This document shows positions 50,107-61,763 of a stretch of DNA of 64,000 nt, in pieces. Position 1 is the stretch's first letter. Each line of letters begins with the position of its first letter. Position numbers and translations under genes: made by a program. Source of the DNA: Armatimonadota bacterium (GTDB lineage Bacteria > Armatimonadota > UBA5829 > DSUL01); contig JBDHZC010000001.1 in the NCBI GenBank assembly GCA_039811685.1, forward strand, positions 576,001-640,000, in the 5' to 3' direction. The notes beneath the pieces are model-generated. The model saw nothing but the letters and a program-made list of their open reading frames with translations, had not been told where the DNA came from and did not search any database.

Positions 50107-52181
50107 GCCGAAGCTGGCGGCTCTCCACTGCCTCCCAGCGTCTCCCACAACTCGCGAGCGGTATAAACCGGCAGATCACACGTGTAGTTGCTGCATACAA
50201 ACGCAGCCGCGTCGTGGCCTGCGGCTGACTTTCCTTCGGTAAGTGGTAGATCGGCGCCTTCGGAGGCAAACGCAAACACCGTATTGGGCAGAAAATTCGT
50301 GCGTAGAATGCGCTCCATCGCCACAAAATCTTGAGACGACCTGTCCCCAGCCAGCACTATTTCCCGGGGCCTCGACAGCATGAAATGTGCGGCCACAAGC
50401 AGATTGTCGAAGGCTCTGGGCGCTTGCGCCGCCATACCGCCTATTGACTCAATGGTCTTCTGAGCGCAGTCCGCAAGGTCTTGCCGGCCGGTCAGGCGCC
50501 CAAGCCTTGCCAGGGCAAGGGCCGCCTCCGAGTTTCCTGAAGGCGTTACTCCGTCAGTCGGGCTCTTGCTGCGCGAGATGGGTGTTTCGTGATTTTCAGT
50601 CGTGGAGAAGAATCCCCCACTCTTGTCGTCCCAGAACAGCTCGATCATCCGGTCGGCGAGCTTCTCTGCCTGCTGCAACCATCTCACGTTGTAGTCCGCC
50701 TGATACAGATCGACCAGTCCATTAGTCAGACAGGCGTAATCTTCCTGAAAAGCCGCGCCGCGTGACTGTCCATCCCGCCACATGTGCGCAAGATCGTCCT
50801 CCAGACGAATATTGCTCAAAATGAACTCGGCCGATTTGGCGGCAGCCTGGGCATAGACGTCGTCACTGAGCGAGCGCGCGGCCAAGGCCAGAGCGCTGAT
50901 CATCAGCCCGTTCCAACCGACAATCACCTTGTCATCAAGGTTGGGCTTTACTCTCTTCTGACGAGCTTCCAGAAGTTTCTCTCGCCTTGCTGATAAACGC
51001 TGCTGCAGATCCTGGAGATCAAATTCATTCAACTTCGCCCACTCACTCAGTGGCTGCGCCAGATAGGGAATGCTGGTATGGCGCTCGAAGTTTCCGGATT
51101 CTGTGACGTTGTACACGCGGCAGAACAGGCGCGCGTCCGCCTCACCCAGCACCTCGGTAATCTGCGCAGGTGTCCACACATAGAACCAACCCTCTTTGCC
51201 CTCACTGTCAGCGTCCAGGGCGCTGTAGAACCCGCCCTGCGAGCCGGTCATCTCCCGGAGCACCCAGTCTGCTGTGCGCCTGGCTGTATTCCCAAAATCC
51301 ACACGCCCGGTTGCCTGAAAGGCTTCACACAGAACCGTAATCAGCAGAGCATTGTCATAGAGCATTTTCTCGAAATGCGGAACCAGCCACTGGCGATCCG
51401 TGGAGTAGCGGGCAAAACCTCCGCCAATATGGTCGAAAATGCCGCCACGAGACATTTGATCGAGGGTCTTTTCGACCATCCCGAGCAGCTTATCCGGCCC
51501 TCTTCTGGAAACTTCCCGAAGTAAAAGCTGCAAAGCCATGGACGCGGGGAACTTGGGAACATCGCTGAACCCGCCATAAATGGGATCGAACTGGCGCTCA
51601 AGCTCAGACGTAGCGCCTTCGATAACCCGCCAGGTTACACTCCCCGGCGCTGCGAAATGACTGAGGTTCTTGTCGATCGCCTCGGCGAGTTCTGTCGAGC
51701 TCTTGTCCACTTCATCCTGGCGCTCGTGATAGGCCTTGACCAGTGCAAGTAATACGCGAGGAAAACCCGGGCGATTGTAGGCGTCCTGTGGAGGAAAATA
51801 GGTGCCCGCATAAAACGGCTTCAGATCGGGTCGCAGGAAAACACTGAGCGGCCACCCTCCAGACCCTGACAAAATCTGCGCTGCCTGCTGATAGATTTCG
51901 TCCAGATCAGGACGCTCCTCACGGTCCACTTTGATGCAGACAAAGTAGTCATTAAGAATTCTCGCTGTCTCTTCGTTCTCGAAGCTTTCCCGCTCCATGA
52001 CGTGACACCAGTGGCAAGCGCTGTATCCAATGGAGAGGAAGATTGGCTTTTCTTCGGCACGGGCACGGTTGAGGGCTTCAGGTCCCCAGGGATACCAGTC
52101 CACAGGGTTGTGGGCATGTTGCAGGAGATATGGACTGGTTTCGTTGATGAGGCGGTTGGTAAACTCAGTTTCCAGGGATAT
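50103..52181 (-). CDS. Thioredoxin-domain / alpha-alpha barrel protein (YyaL/SSP411 family); start ATA 52181 or GTG 52211
   Basis: [45 protein letters not shown]. Confidence 0.93.
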   Translation of the reverse strand: MSLETEFTNRLINETSPYLLQHAHNPVDWYPWGPEALNRARAEEKPIFLSIGYSACHWCHVMERESFENEETARILNDYFVCIKVDREERPDLDEIYQQAAQILSGSGGWPLSVFLRPDLKPFYAGTYFPPQDAYNRPGFPRVLLALVKAYHERQDEVDKSSTELAEAIDKNLSHFAAPGSVTWRVIEGATSELERQFDPIYGGFSDVPKFPASMALQLLLREVSRRGPDKLLGMVEKTLDQMSRGGIFDHIGGGFARYSTDRQWLVPHFEKMLYDNALLITVLCEAFQATGRVDFGNTARRTADWVLREMTGSQGGFYSALDADSEGKEGWFYVWTPAQITEVLGEADARLFCRVYNVTESGNFERHTSIPYLAQPLSEWAKLNEFDLQDLQQRLSARREKLLEARQKRVKPNLDDKVIVGWNGLMISALALAARSLSDDVYAQAAAKSAEFILSNIRLEDDLAHMWRDGQSRGAAFQEDYACLTNGLVDLYQADYNVRWLQQAEKLADRMIELFWDDKSGGFFSTTENHETPISRSKSPTDGVTPSGNSEAALALARLGRLTGRQDLADCAQKTIESIGGMAAQAPRAFDNLLVAAHFMLSRPREIVLAGDRSSQDFVAMERILRTNFLPNTVFAFASEGADLPLTEGKSAAGHDAAAFVCSNYTCDLPVYTARELWETLGGSGEPPASA

Positions 52182-52416
52182 TTTGGGACCTCCGGGTAGC
52201 GCGTAAATCACTCAGTTCGAAACGTATGGCGCCCATCCTTTTGTGATGTCGACTTCGTACGGCAAGCGACACAAAAAACTCCGCAATTTCAGATAAGCGA
52301 GCGACGGATTCTGCGGTGTAGGACGTCCCTTCTACCTTACCAGATTTCAGTGCGTACTGGCTGGGCAGTCGCAGAGTAGAGCGAACCCTGACTACTGAGT
52401 GCGGCAGAAGCCAATC

Positions 52417-52980
52417 TCAGTCTGCGGCCTTGCGGTTGTCACTACTCGCAGGCCCAGGGTACACCACGGTCTTGCCAGCTACCTGAGCGAACGGAGGTGG
52501 GCGATGCTGATCCGCCTTGCCTCTGCCGATGATATCTCTGACTTCAAACCCTCGTGTCAGCATCAGATAGTCAGCGATAATGCGCCGGTGACATCTCCAG
52601 GGAACAGCTTCCGCGCACATGATCGCTGAAGGGACCTTTTTCGCACCTTCACAAAGATCGTCGAGCGCTGAGGCAAAGTCAACGCTCAAAGCATAGTCGG
52701 CGTAGCCTCTGAAAGCGGGTTCATTCCACGCTGCATTCGTCTCAGAGCTACGATCGAGACTCCTGCGCCCACCCAAAGCTCCCAGATGAATGTAACTCAG
52801 ACCAGCGGCTTGCAGCGCTCTACGAAAAGGGTCCTGTTGAAATTGTGGGTGGGCTCTCGACCCGGGAAATCGTCGCACATCAACTATCTGCTTTACGTTA
52901 TTCTCCTCGAGCAACTCCAGCAGGTCTTCAAAGCTGCGCGTGGAATGGCCAATGGTATAGATGAGTGGTTTGGCAGTCAC
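52417..52980 (-). CDS. DUF488 family protein
   Basis: IYTIGHSTR, DVRRFPGSR, LGGRR, MCAEAVPWRCHR. Confidence 0.92.
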   Translation of the reverse strand: MTAKPLIYTIGHSTRSFEDLLELLEENNVKQIVDVRRFPGSRAHPQFQQDPFRRALQAAGLSYIHLGALGGRRSLDRSSETNAAWNEPAFRGYADYALSVDFASALDDLCEGAKKVPSAIMCAEAVPWRCHRRIIADYLMLTRGFEVRDIIGRGKADQHRPPPFAQVAGKTVVYPGPASSDNRKAAD

Positions 52981-53030
52981 GTCTACAAAGAGAATCCCCT
53001 CCTGGCTGAGCTTATAAACCCCAGCTTACC

Positions 53031-53927
53031 TCAGGTGACGCTGCAGGCAGCCTGTAGCTGCTCCGAGGACAAACCCAGACCATCGGCTGCTTTGAGATTC
53101 TCTTGCAGGTGAGCGCTCGAGCGAGTTCCGGCAATTACGGAGGACACGCTCTGATTCGACAGCACGAACCGCAGCGACATCTCCGGCAGGCTCATGCCCC
53201 ACTCTCTCGCCAAATCGCGCAGGCGGCTGACTTTTCTCTTGATATCCGCGTGATCCTCGCCTAGCCGATCTATTTTGGACGTGAGGCGGCCGGCGGCCAG
53301 TCCGTCTTTGACAATCACTCCGACGTTGTGCTGACGAGCCAGAGGGAGAACCTGCTCTTCCATTGTGCGGTCCAGAAGGCTGTAGCTGATCTGAATAGCG
53401 TCGAAGTGCCCGGATTCAATGGCAGCAACCGCTTCCCGAGCCGCGCAGGAAACGCCTGTATAGCGAATTTTGCCTTGCTCCTTCGCTGTGACCATCGCCG
53501 CAATCACATCGTCTGAACGAATAACATCCAGGGGTCCTGAGTGAATCTGATACAGATCAATCACATCAGTTTGCAGATTCAGCAGGCTCTTTTCAAGGAA
53601 GCTCGACATAGCTGCGGGCGTATAGTCGTAAACTGATCCGTTTTCATCGCACCACTCACCCCACTTGGTGGCCAGGACATATTCGTCTCTTCGCTGAGAC
53701 AGAAACCGGCCAATTCGCTCTTCACTCGCCCAGTAGGCCGCGGCAGTATCTATCAGATTCACACCAGAGTCCAGCGTCGAGTTCAGAAACTCGTGAGCGG
53801 CGGATTCTGAAGGTGGCAGGCCAGGATCACTGTCACTGCAAATACCCCACGGGCGTCCCACTTCCAGCGCGCCCAATCCGATTTCTGACACTTTCAGTCC
53901 CGTCCTACCGAGCACTCTATGGTTCAC
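53031..53927 (-). CDS. Aldo/keto reductase
   Basis: LGRTGLKVSEIGLG, IDTAAAY, LATKWG, IDLYQIH. GTG 53927 follows GGGAG. Confidence 0.92.
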   Translation of the reverse strand: MNHRVLGRTGLKVSEIGLGALEVGRPWGICSDSDPGLPPSESAAHEFLNSTLDSGVNLIDTAAAYWASEERIGRFLSQRRDEYVLATKWGEWCDENGSVYDYTPAAMSSFLEKSLLNLQTDVIDLYQIHSGPLDVIRSDDVIAAMVTAKEQGKIRYTGVSCAAREAVAAIESGHFDAIQISYSLLDRTMEEQVLPLARQHNVGVIVKDGLAAGRLTSKIDRLGEDHADIKRKVSRLRDLAREWGMSLPEMSLRFVLSNQSVSSVIAGTRSSAHLQENLKAADGLGLSSEQLQAACSVT

Positions 53928-54145
53928 TCTGTTCTCCCTCAAAAGCACTGAGACAATCATGACACTCGCACCATCAGGGCGCAATTAGAGAGCAATTTGC
54001 ACGGCAGGACACCATTGGTATACTGTTAGGCGGTTATGTCATCCATTTGCGATCAACCAGACGGCGCTCGATGCACGGACGCACATGGCGGACGGCCTGC
54101 CACTACACGTGCGACAGTCAGGCCGGCATCCGTGGAAGAGCGCTT

Positions 54146-55594
54146 GTGATTGCCTCCCGAAAACTGCTCTGGCTGGCGCTCTTTGCTCTGCTGGTCACAG
54201 GGATCCTCCACACCACTGGCTATTCAGACTTGAGTGCGCCGGCCTACAAAGCGCTTTCCTCTTCTGATCTGGTCCCAGCCGGCCAAGCCTCACCCGGTCC
54301 GCCCACTGACGCCTCTCACGGCGTCGATATCGTGCCTTTCATGGCCAGCTTCCTTGTCATTCTTCTGGCGGCAAAGTTAGGAGGCGAGGTTTTCGAGCGA
54401 TTCGGGCAACCCGCAGTGCTGGGGGAACTTCTGCTGGGTGTTATCATCGGAAATCTCACTCTGATAGGGATTCCTGGCCCGGAAGCTATTCGCAGTGATC
54501 AGGCCATTGCGACTGCGGGCGAGCTGGGCGTGATCCTCTTGCTGTTTCAGGTTGGCCTCGAGTCTAGAGTGGAAGAGCTGCGGAAAGTGGGAGTCACGTC
54601 TCTTCTGGTTGCGCTCGCAGGTGTCGTCGCGCCCATGGCGCTCGGATGGGCCGTTGGGCATTTAATGCTTCCCAACCATTCGACCATTGTGCACATTTTT
54701 CTTGGGGCGACGCTGTCCGCGACCAGCGTTGGCATCACGGCGCGAGTAATGAAAGATCTGCACAAGACAAAAACTAACGAGTCCAGAATAATACTGGGCG
54801 CGGCAGTGATAGATGACGTAATGGGTCTGGTAATTCTGGCGGTAGTCAGCGGGCTTATTGAGTCAGCCGGGCACAGTGGCGGCGCGCACGTCTCTGCTGA
54901 ATCTATTGTCACGATTGTGACCAAGGCGGTTGCCTTTCTGATAGGCTCTATTGTGCTCGGACAACTGCTTGCTCGGCCGTTTTTTGATCTGGTTTCGCAT
55001 ATGCGGGTTCACGGCGTTATGCTGACAATGAGCATCGTATTCTGTTTTGGCCTGGCAGCCGTTTCCGCCTCCATCGGACTCGCGCCAATTGTCGGAGCCT
55101 TCGCCGCAGGGCTGATCCTGGAACCATCTCATTACCGCCGTTTCGCCAGCAAGGGTGAGCGGCCGGTGGAAGAGCTCGTTGCACCCGTTGCAGAGCTCTT
55201 CGTGCCGGTATTCTTCGTACTGATGGGGCTAAGCGTCGATCTGCGCTACTTTGCGAACCTGAACGCTCTCGGGCTGGCGGGAGCACTACTGGTGGCCGCA
55301 ATACTTGGGAAGCTGGTCTGCGGGCTGGCAGTGCGAGAGGGAGGCGTCAACCGTCTGGTTGTAAGCGTCGGAATGATCCCACGAGGCGAAGTTGGACTCA
55401 TTTTTGCAAGTATTGGAGCCAAATATATGATAGGCTCTGAGCGGGTCGTGGACGCTGCGACGTACGGCGCGGTGGTCGTGATGGTCATCCTGACAACGCT
55501 GATAACGCCTGTCTGGTTGAAGGCCCTGTTCTCAAGGCAAGATAAGCGCACAGGTGGCGCCCAGCGGTTGAAACCTGCCGAAGCAGACTTGTAA
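54146..55594 (+). CDS. Cation:proton antiporter (CPA2 family)
   Basis: GQPAVLGELLLG, ATSVGIT, GAAVIDD, GMIPRGEVGLI. Start uncertain. Confidence 0.92.
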   Translation: MIASRKLLWLALFALLVTGILHTTGYSDLSAPAYKALSSSDLVPAGQASPGPPTDASHGVDIVPFMASFLVILLAAKLGGEVFERFGQPAVLGELLLGVIIGNLTLIGIPGPEAIRSDQAIATAGELGVILLLFQVGLESRVEELRKVGVTSLLVALAGVVAPMALGWAVGHLMLPNHSTIVHIFLGATLSATSVGITARVMKDLHKTKTNESRIILGAAVIDDVMGLVILAVVSGLIESAGHSGGAHVSAESIVTIVTKAVAFLIGSIVLGQLLARPFFDLVSHMRVHGVMLTMSIVFCFGLAAVSASIGLAPIVGAFAAGLILEPSHYRRFASKGERPVEELVAPVAELFVPVFFVLMGLSVDLRYFANLNALGLAGALLVAAILGKLVCGLAVREGGVNRLVVSVGMIPRGEVGLIFASIGAKYMIGSERVVDAATYGAVVVMVILTTLITPVWLKALFSRQDKRTGGAQRLKPAEADL

Positions 55595-55631
55595 CGTCTC
55601 GAAAGGCTTTTGTGACGAGAGGAATCCCACT

Positions 55632-56765
55632 ATGCGATATCAGGCTGCAAGTGCGGTAATCGGGGTTGGCGCAATTCTGGCTTTATCGGCCGCCGGACTT
55701 AGCGCGGCTTCAGCCGGGCCAGCAGGCCCTGCGGTGTTGACCGTCAAAGTGGAGACCTCTGTCAATTCAGTTGCCGGAGTCCCGCCTCTTCCTCCGATGC
55801 CATCCGGTGACAGGACCGCGAAGGAAAGCTCTGAAAAAGGGGCGCCTCCATCAGTGGAGAACTCGCACCGGAAACTCTCCATCATCCTCTGGTCGCCGCT
55901 GAAGGCGCCCGCTGACGCCTCGGCCACCGTCACACTGCCTGCGACCACGGGCATTCAGGAGAAAATCCAACTGACAATCCTGCGAGACCGTGCAGCCGGC
56001 GGGAGGAGCAGGCGAACCTGGACCCCTTCAGATAATCTGACAGTCATCGAGTATCACGGATCATCTCCAACTACCGCTTCTGGACAGCCGACCTCAACTG
56101 CGTGGAGCAAATTGACGCAGGAGCAACAAAGCGCGCTGCGCAGCCTGCTTCCACGCGCCAGCCAGGACGCAGCGACAGGCACAGGGACATTCGCAGTATG
56201 GCCAGCCGGGCGTACAGCCACGATGTTGCCAGCTGGAGCGTCTATATCAGGCGCTCTGGAGGTGAACTCCACATACGCGGGAAATGCACGTTTTGAGATT
56301 CCCAGCGGCGCCGACTTTCTGGCGCCACTTGAGATGGTATCGCCTGATGTATCCGGTCGGCCGGAGATGGACAAAGCGATCCCCGTCCGTTGGAAGCCTG
56401 CGGCTGGCGCGCTTGCGGTGCGCGTGGACGCTGTGGCTCTCAAGGACAAAGACACTCTGGTGCACTGGAGCGCGGCAGACAGCCTCGCCCCGAAAGCCTA
56501 TAGCGCTGATCTGTCCGCCACCGATCTTGCCGAACTAATAAAGAAAGGGGCACTATTGCCACCTGATACCACGCAGGCTACGATTCCGGCGGACATTTTC
56601 AAAGACTGTGCCTCCGTACTGCTAAGTATTTCGGCGCTGGGCCCAGGCGCAGTGTCGACGGGTGAACCGACTATCCGAGTGCGCAACGTGTCCAACGCCA
56701 CGGCAGTGCTTAGCCAGCGCAACACTCCCATGTCAAACGCGCTACCTGATTCCGCAACCCAATAG
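55632..56765 (+). CDS. Hypothetical exported protein
   Basis: GAGGA SD, signal peptide, 377 aa Ala/Pro/Thr-rich beta-type sequence. Confidence 0.75.
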   Translation: MRYQAASAVIGVGAILALSAAGLSAASAGPAGPAVLTVKVETSVNSVAGVPPLPPMPSGDRTAKESSEKGAPPSVENSHRKLSIILWSPLKAPADASATVTLPATTGIQEKIQLTILRDRAAGGRSRRTWTPSDNLTVIEYHGSSPTTASGQPTSTAWSKLTQEQQSALRSLLPRASQDAATGTGTFAVWPAGRTATMLPAGASISGALEVNSTYAGNARFEIPSGADFLAPLEMVSPDVSGRPEMDKAIPVRWKPAAGALAVRVDAVALKDKDTLVHWSAADSLAPKAYSADLSATDLAELIKKGALLPPDTTQATIPADIFKDCASVLLSISALGPGAVSTGEPTIRVRNVSNATAVLSQRNTPMSNALPDSATQ

Positions 56766-56803
56766 AGAGGACTTGCCGCCCAAGAGCGGTGAGTACTATG
56801 TGT

Positions 56804-58471
56804 ATGCTCACTGACGTTGAGATCGCCCAGCAGGCGACGCCTGCTCCGATTGAGGAGATCGCCCGCAAGCTGGGACTCTCTTCTGAAGACCTGGAGCTTT
56901 ATGGACAGGTCAAAGCAAAAGTGTCCCTTGAGGTGCTGGAGCGTTCGCCCCAAAACGCCCGGGGCAAACTGATCCTCATGACCGCCATCACGCCCACTCC
57001 CGCAGGCGAGGGCAAGACCACTACGACGGTTGGACTGGGTGACGGGCTGTCGCGACTTGGCAGGAAGGTCGCCATCGCCATTCGAGAGCCCAGCATGGGG
57101 CCGTGCTTCGGCATGAAGGGGGGAGCTGCAGGCGGCGGTTACGCACAGGTGATTCCGATGGAAGATATCAACCTGCATTTCACCGGGGATTTCCACGCCA
57201 TTACCGCCGCGCACAACCTCCTTGCCGCTCTCCTGGACAATCACATGCACCACGGAAACGAGCTGAGTATCGATCCGTTCAACGTTATGTGGCGACGTGT
57301 GATGGACATGAACGACCGCTCACTGCGCCAGATAATAACGGGGCTCGGCGGGAAGGCCAACGGACTGCCGAGAGAAGCAGGCTTTGACATTACAACCGCC
57401 AGTGAGATTATGGCCTTGCTGTGCCTGTCGCAGAGCTCCCAGGACTTGAAGGACAGGCTGGACCGGGTGATCGTCGCTCTGGACCGAAGCGGCAAGGCGG
57501 TAACGGCCAGCGACTTAAAGGCTTCTGGGGCTATGGCTGTCGTACTGAAAGACGCGATCAAGCCAAATCTGGTGCAAACGCTTGAGGGGACACCTGCGTT
57601 CGTCCACGGCGGCCCATTTGGCAACATCGCACATGGCTGCAATTCACTTATTGCTACGGAGATGGCCCTTGAGCTGGCTGACTATGTTGTGACCGAAGCA
57701 GGATTCGGGAGCGAACTCGGCGCTGAGAAGTTTATGGACATCAAATGCCGTGTCTCCGGCCTCGCTCCGGACTGTGCCGTCGTCGTGGCGACAGTGCGGG
57801 CGTTGAAGATGCACGGCGGCGTGGCCAAAGAGGACCTGACAACTCCCGACCCGGAAGCTCTCGTACGGGGAATGGACAACCTGTGGAAGCACTGCGAAAA
57901 CGTGGAGGCCTTTGGAGTGCCCCCGATAATCGGCATCAATCGTTTTCCCACCGATTCTGACGATGAAATAGAGGAGCTGCTCGCTCAATGCGCCAGGCGT
58001 GACTACCCGGTGGCTCTGGCGGATCATTGGGCGAGAGGAGGAGCGGGGGCTGAGGATCTGGCCCAAGTAGTGCTGGATACGCTGGAAAGCCGGGCATCCA
58101 GCTTCCACCCCCTCTACGAATTGGGGGTTCCGCTGCGGGAGAAGATACAGACTATCGCACGGCGAATGTACGGAGCGGACAGGGTGGCGTTCACGCCTGA
58201 GGCGGACAAGAAGCTCACGCTCATTGAGAAGCTGGGATTCAGCGCTTTGCCAGTCTGCGTGGCAAAAACACAGAACTCTCTCTCAGACAACCCAGGCCTG
58301 CTTGGCCGCCCGAAGGGATTTGACATCACCGTGAGAGATGCGCGCATCTCCGCTGGAGCGGGCTTTGTGGTTGTTTACACCGGAACCATCATGACTATGC
58401 CGGGATTGCCGGCGACACCGGCTTCAGCGCGGATCAGTATGGATAATGGCCGGGTCGTCGGCCTGGCGTAG
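56804..58471 (+). CDS. fhs: Formate--tetrahydrofolate ligase
   Basis: [48 protein letters not shown]. Confidence 0.97.
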   Translation: MLTDVEIAQQATPAPIEEIARKLGLSSEDLELYGQVKAKVSLEVLERSPQNARGKLILMTAITPTPAGEGKTTTTVGLGDGLSRLGRKVAIAIREPSMGPCFGMKGGAAGGGYAQVIPMEDINLHFTGDFHAITAAHNLLAALLDNHMHHGNELSIDPFNVMWRRVMDMNDRSLRQIITGLGGKANGLPREAGFDITTASEIMALLCLSQSSQDLKDRLDRVIVALDRSGKAVTASDLKASGAMAVVLKDAIKPNLVQTLEGTPAFVHGGPFGNIAHGCNSLIATEMALELADYVVTEAGFGSELGAEKFMDIKCRVSGLAPDCAVVVATVRALKMHGGVAKEDLTTPDPEALVRGMDNLWKHCENVEAFGVPPIIGINRFPTDSDDEIEELLAQCARRDYPVALADHWARGGAGAEDLAQVVLDTLESRASSFHPLYELGVPLREKIQTIARRMYGADRVAFTPEADKKLTLIEKLGFSALPVCVAKTQNSLSDNPGLLGRPKGFDITVRDARISAGAGFVVVYTGTIMTMPGLPATPASARISMDNGRVVGLA

Positions 58472-58601
58472 TTGAGGGAGCCGTAAGCCGACTTGCAGAG
58501 ACACGCGGACAGCGTTCGACTGTCCAGACTGGTGAAGCAAAGGTCATCGGCGGAATAAACGCCGCAGGCGACAAGCTGGAGGCAAGATAACTACATAAGC
58601 C

Positions 58602-58629
58602 AAGTGCCGGAGCTTGCGCTCCGGCACTT
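58602..58629 (-). terminator. Hairpin downstream of the RRM gene (probable terminator)
   Basis: 12-bp stem AAGTGCCGGAGC-GCAA-GCTCCGGCACTT; weak U-tract. Confidence 0.65.
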
Positions 58630-58642
58630 CACGGTTTGAAGC

Positions 58643-59059
58643 CTACCAGCTGCCACGTCCGCGGTCGCTGCGGTCACGGCGGCCTCCGCCACCCCCTCCG
58701 TAGCCACCACCGCTGCGGCCGCCTCCGCCGCCATAGCCGCCACTGCGGCCACCGCCACCACCGCCGCCGTAGCCGCCGCCATAACCACCGCCGCCACTGC
58801 GACCGCCCCCACCGAACCCGCCGCGCTCAGGTCGCGGGCGCGCTTCATTAACGGTGAGAGGACGTCCGCCAAAATCTTTGCCGTTCGTGCCGTCAATTGC
58901 AGCCTGGGCGTCGGCTTCTTCGATATCGACAAAGCCGAACCCCTTGTCCGGAATAATGCGAACCGAGTCCACACTGCCAAACTGCTCAAAGAGATCGCGA
59001 AGCTCTCCTTCAGTAGTCCGGTAATTGAGATTGCCTACATAGAGTGACTTAAGAGCCAA
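58643..59059 (-). CDS. RRM-domain glycine-rich RNA-binding protein
   Basis: RNP2 LYVGNL, RNP1 KGFGFV, GRPLTVNEARPR, GGY/GGR-rich tail. TTG 59059 follows AAGGA. Confidence 0.95.
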   Translation of the reverse strand: MALKSLYVGNLNYRTTEGELRDLFEQFGSVDSVRIIPDKGFGFVDIEEADAQAAIDGTNGKDFGGRPLTVNEARPRPERGGFGGGGRSGGGGYGGGYGGGGGGGRSGGYGGGGGRSGGGYGGGGGGRRDRSDRGRGSW

Positions 59060-59456
59060 TGCTGCCGTCCTTCTGGAGCCCCCATTCAATAGTCTTCAGC
59101 ACGGCAGGCTGAGTCCGATCTGGAATAGCCGCTACGGGTCACCGATCAGAGCAGAAGGCGGAAGCAATCTACAGGATTCGGAAGCCGATTCGCCGCGCTG
59201 ACAGTGGGGTCTCCACACCGGATTTATACCCCAAAGGCAAACATTAGACAATCACAAAAGATAGTATTTTTCAAAAAAGAAACAGACGCCGAACCAAAGA
59301 AGAAACTGCCATCATTCCCGTTGGAGACAGAACACTTTCAGCACTGAGACTATTCAGAACGGGTGACAGAGAGATACCTGCTGCGATCGCGGAGACAGGA
59401 TTTCTTCGGACGTTGAGGAAGCAGCGTGGTAAGCCAGCGCAAAGGCTCAAAGACTC

Positions 59457-60590
59457 ATGCCCGTCATTGAACACATCCAGACCTATCCCGTCATCTACCC
59501 CACAAGCGGCCATTTCCGGTTTCTGGAAGATAGCGCGGGCCGTCCCACAGGCCGGCAGACCGTTGTCGTCCGGCTGCTGGCCGATAACGGAGAGCAGGGC
59601 TGGGGTCAGTGTGTCCCCATTCCTCGCTGGAGCTACGAAACTCTGGAATCCGTGACAAGCACCATTCAGACCTATCTGGCGCCCACACTGAAAGGCGTGG
59701 AGGTGGAGGACGAGCGGGAGATTCAGCGCAGGATGGATACTGCGATTGCTCCGTCCTTTTCTACGGGACAGCCAATCTGCAAGGCAGGAATTGATCTCGC
59801 TCTGTGGGACCTGCGTGGCAGGCTCGCTGGGAGGCATGTGCGCGAACTGTGGGGACAGGCTGGACTGCCTAATCTAACCCTGAGCTGGACGCTGAACCCG
59901 CGCTCGCTGGCTGAGGTGGACGCGCTTGTGCAGGAGGGAATGGAGCGCGGCTACAGACACTTCAATGTCAAGGTGGCCCCGGACATGGACTTCGACATCT
60001 CTCTCTGCAAGCGGGTGCGTGAGCTTGCGCCGGACAGTTTTCTCTGGGCGGATGCTAACGGAGGATATGACGAAGGCACTGCTGAGCGTGCTGTGCGCGG
60101 GCTTGCGGATTCGGGTTGCGATGTGCTTGAGCAGCCTCTGCCCGCGAACTGTCTTACGGGCTACCAACGACTGAAAAAGCTTAACGCGTTGCCGATTCTT
60201 CTGGATGAAGGCGTCGTCTCTGCGCGCGACCTCGAGGAGTTCATCGCCCTGGATATGCTGGACGGAGTCGCGATGAAGCCCGCTCGCTGTGGCGGTTTGA
60301 CGAGCGCCAGAAGGCAGTGCAGGATACTGCGCGAGCGCGGCCTTATACTGCTTGGCAGTGGCCTTACAGACCCGGACATCTCACTTGCGGCATCATCAGC
60401 GCTTTTCAGTGCTTTTGGCGTGAGCACTCCGCTGGCTCTCAACGGTCCACAATTTCTCCAGGGCAGTATCCTTACCGAACCCGTTGAGGCGCGAGAGGGC
60501 TCTCTGATTGTTCCGGACGGCCCTGGTCTGGGCGTTGACGTGGACGAACAAGCTCTGACAAAGTGTGCCAGAATAGACAGCGACGGGTAG
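59457..60590 (+). CDS. Enolase superfamily enzyme (mandelate racemase/muconate lactonizing-like)
   Basis: AGIDLALWDL.G, WADANGGY, EQP, LDEG, GPGLGVDVDE. Has NVK rather than KxK. Confidence 0.9.
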   Translation: MPVIEHIQTYPVIYPTSGHFRFLEDSAGRPTGRQTVVVRLLADNGEQGWGQCVPIPRWSYETLESVTSTIQTYLAPTLKGVEVEDEREIQRRMDTAIAPSFSTGQPICKAGIDLALWDLRGRLAGRHVRELWGQAGLPNLTLSWTLNPRSLAEVDALVQEGMERGYRHFNVKVAPDMDFDISLCKRVRELAPDSFLWADANGGYDEGTAERAVRGLADSGCDVLEQPLPANCLTGYQRLKKLNALPILLDEGVVSARDLEEFIALDMLDGVAMKPARCGGLTSARRQCRILRERGLILLGSGLTDPDISLAASSALFSAFGVSTPLALNGPQFLQGSILTEPVEAREGSLIVPDGPGLGVDVDEQALTKCARIDSDG

Positions 60591-60615
60591 TGCAGCCTGA
60601 TTTCAGAGGTAGGTT

Positions 60616-61755
60616 CTAAGCCACTGCGACGCCGGAGGCGCGATGCTCAGACTCAGGTTGCTCACCCTGTTGGATATTGAGCGGTGGCGGGGCCTTGTCG
60701 CGACGGTCCAGGTAGTAGTGCGTCACCATACGCCGCAGCATCGCCGCAACCGGAGCAGCCAGGAACATCCCCATCACCCCGAAAAACTCATACCCGATGA
60801 GTATGGAAATCAGAAGAATCGCCGGGTGCAGCCGCATAAGGTCACCCAGAAGAAGCGGCATAATGATCTTGCTCTCCACAAAGTGCAGGACACTGAAAAT
60901 CACCAGCACCGTCACTGCCAGTTTCGCGTTGCTCGCGAGCACAATCAAAAAGATAACCGCGCCACTGAATATCGGTCCGACTACGGGTACTGCCCGTGTA
61001 ATACCGGCAAGCACCGCCAGCGCCGTTGCGTACTTGACTTTCCAAAAAGTCAGCAGGAAGAACATCACCACACCTGCGATAACGCACAGGAGTATCTGAC
61101 CGGCGATATAGGTGCGAAAGACGCGCGAGCTGTCCCGCAATAGAGTGAGAACTTCACGTCGGCGTCTATCACGAAAGAGCGAGACGAAGAGCTTCTTCAG
61201 AGAAGAGCTGTCTGACACGAAGTAGAAAGCAAGTACCGGGACAACCAGCACTTCCCACAGATGAGAGATCCAAACCTTCGCGCTGGCGATAGTCGCCGCG
61301 ACCAGGGCCTCCACCCGCTGGTTGAAGTGCGCGGAGTCCTTTGTCGGCAAAACACCCTTGACGCTCTCCGGCAGATCGGCATAGACGTCCTGCACAATGC
61401 GCGTCACATTGGCGATACTCTGTTTGGCGTAGGCCGTGTAGCTTTGCAGCCGCCCGAACTCATGACCCACTGGCGCAACCAACCAGGCGATTGTGATGAC
61501 GCACAGAGCGATAAAGCCGGAAAACACGACCGTCGTAGCGACGACGCGCTGCGTTTTCGGGTGAAGGAACTTCACGCGTCTCCTGCACAGATATTCGACA
61601 ACCGGGGCAAGAGCCGCTGCCAACACCGCCGCGAGAAGAACGGTAAAGAGAATCGCACGGGTCCGCCAGACAAAATAGAGTACGCCTGTGGCTATAAGCA
61701 GGCGCACTACCCACCGGGATATTACACTGGCAGGAGTATCGAGTCTCGGACTCAT
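60616..61755 (-). CDS. AI-2E family transporter
   Basis: LAPVV, YIAGQ, VPVVGP, ESKIIMP, LHP, GMFLAAPVAA. Confidence 0.9.
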   Translation of the reverse strand: MSPRLDTPASVISRWVVRLLIATGVLYFVWRTRAILFTVLLAAVLAAALAPVVEYLCRRRVKFLHPKTQRVVATTVVFSGFIALCVITIAWLVAPVGHEFGRLQSYTAYAKQSIANVTRIVQDVYADLPESVKGVLPTKDSAHFNQRVEALVAATIASAKVWISHLWEVLVVPVLAFYFVSDSSSLKKLFVSLFRDRRRREVLTLLRDSSRVFRTYIAGQILLCVIAGVVMFFLLTFWKVKYATALAVLAGITRAVPVVGPIFSGAVIFLIVLASNAKLAVTVLVIFSVLHFVESKIIMPLLLGDLMRLHPAILLISILIGYEFFGVMGMFLAAPVAAMLRRMVTHYYLDRRDKAPPPLNIQQGEQPESEHRASGVAVA

Positions 61756-61763
61756 TTGGGCGG

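Noticed and set aside
58650..58830. GCC/CCA-rich tandem repeats
   Set aside because: They encode the Gly-rich RRM tail; not a CRISPR array or non-coding repeat.
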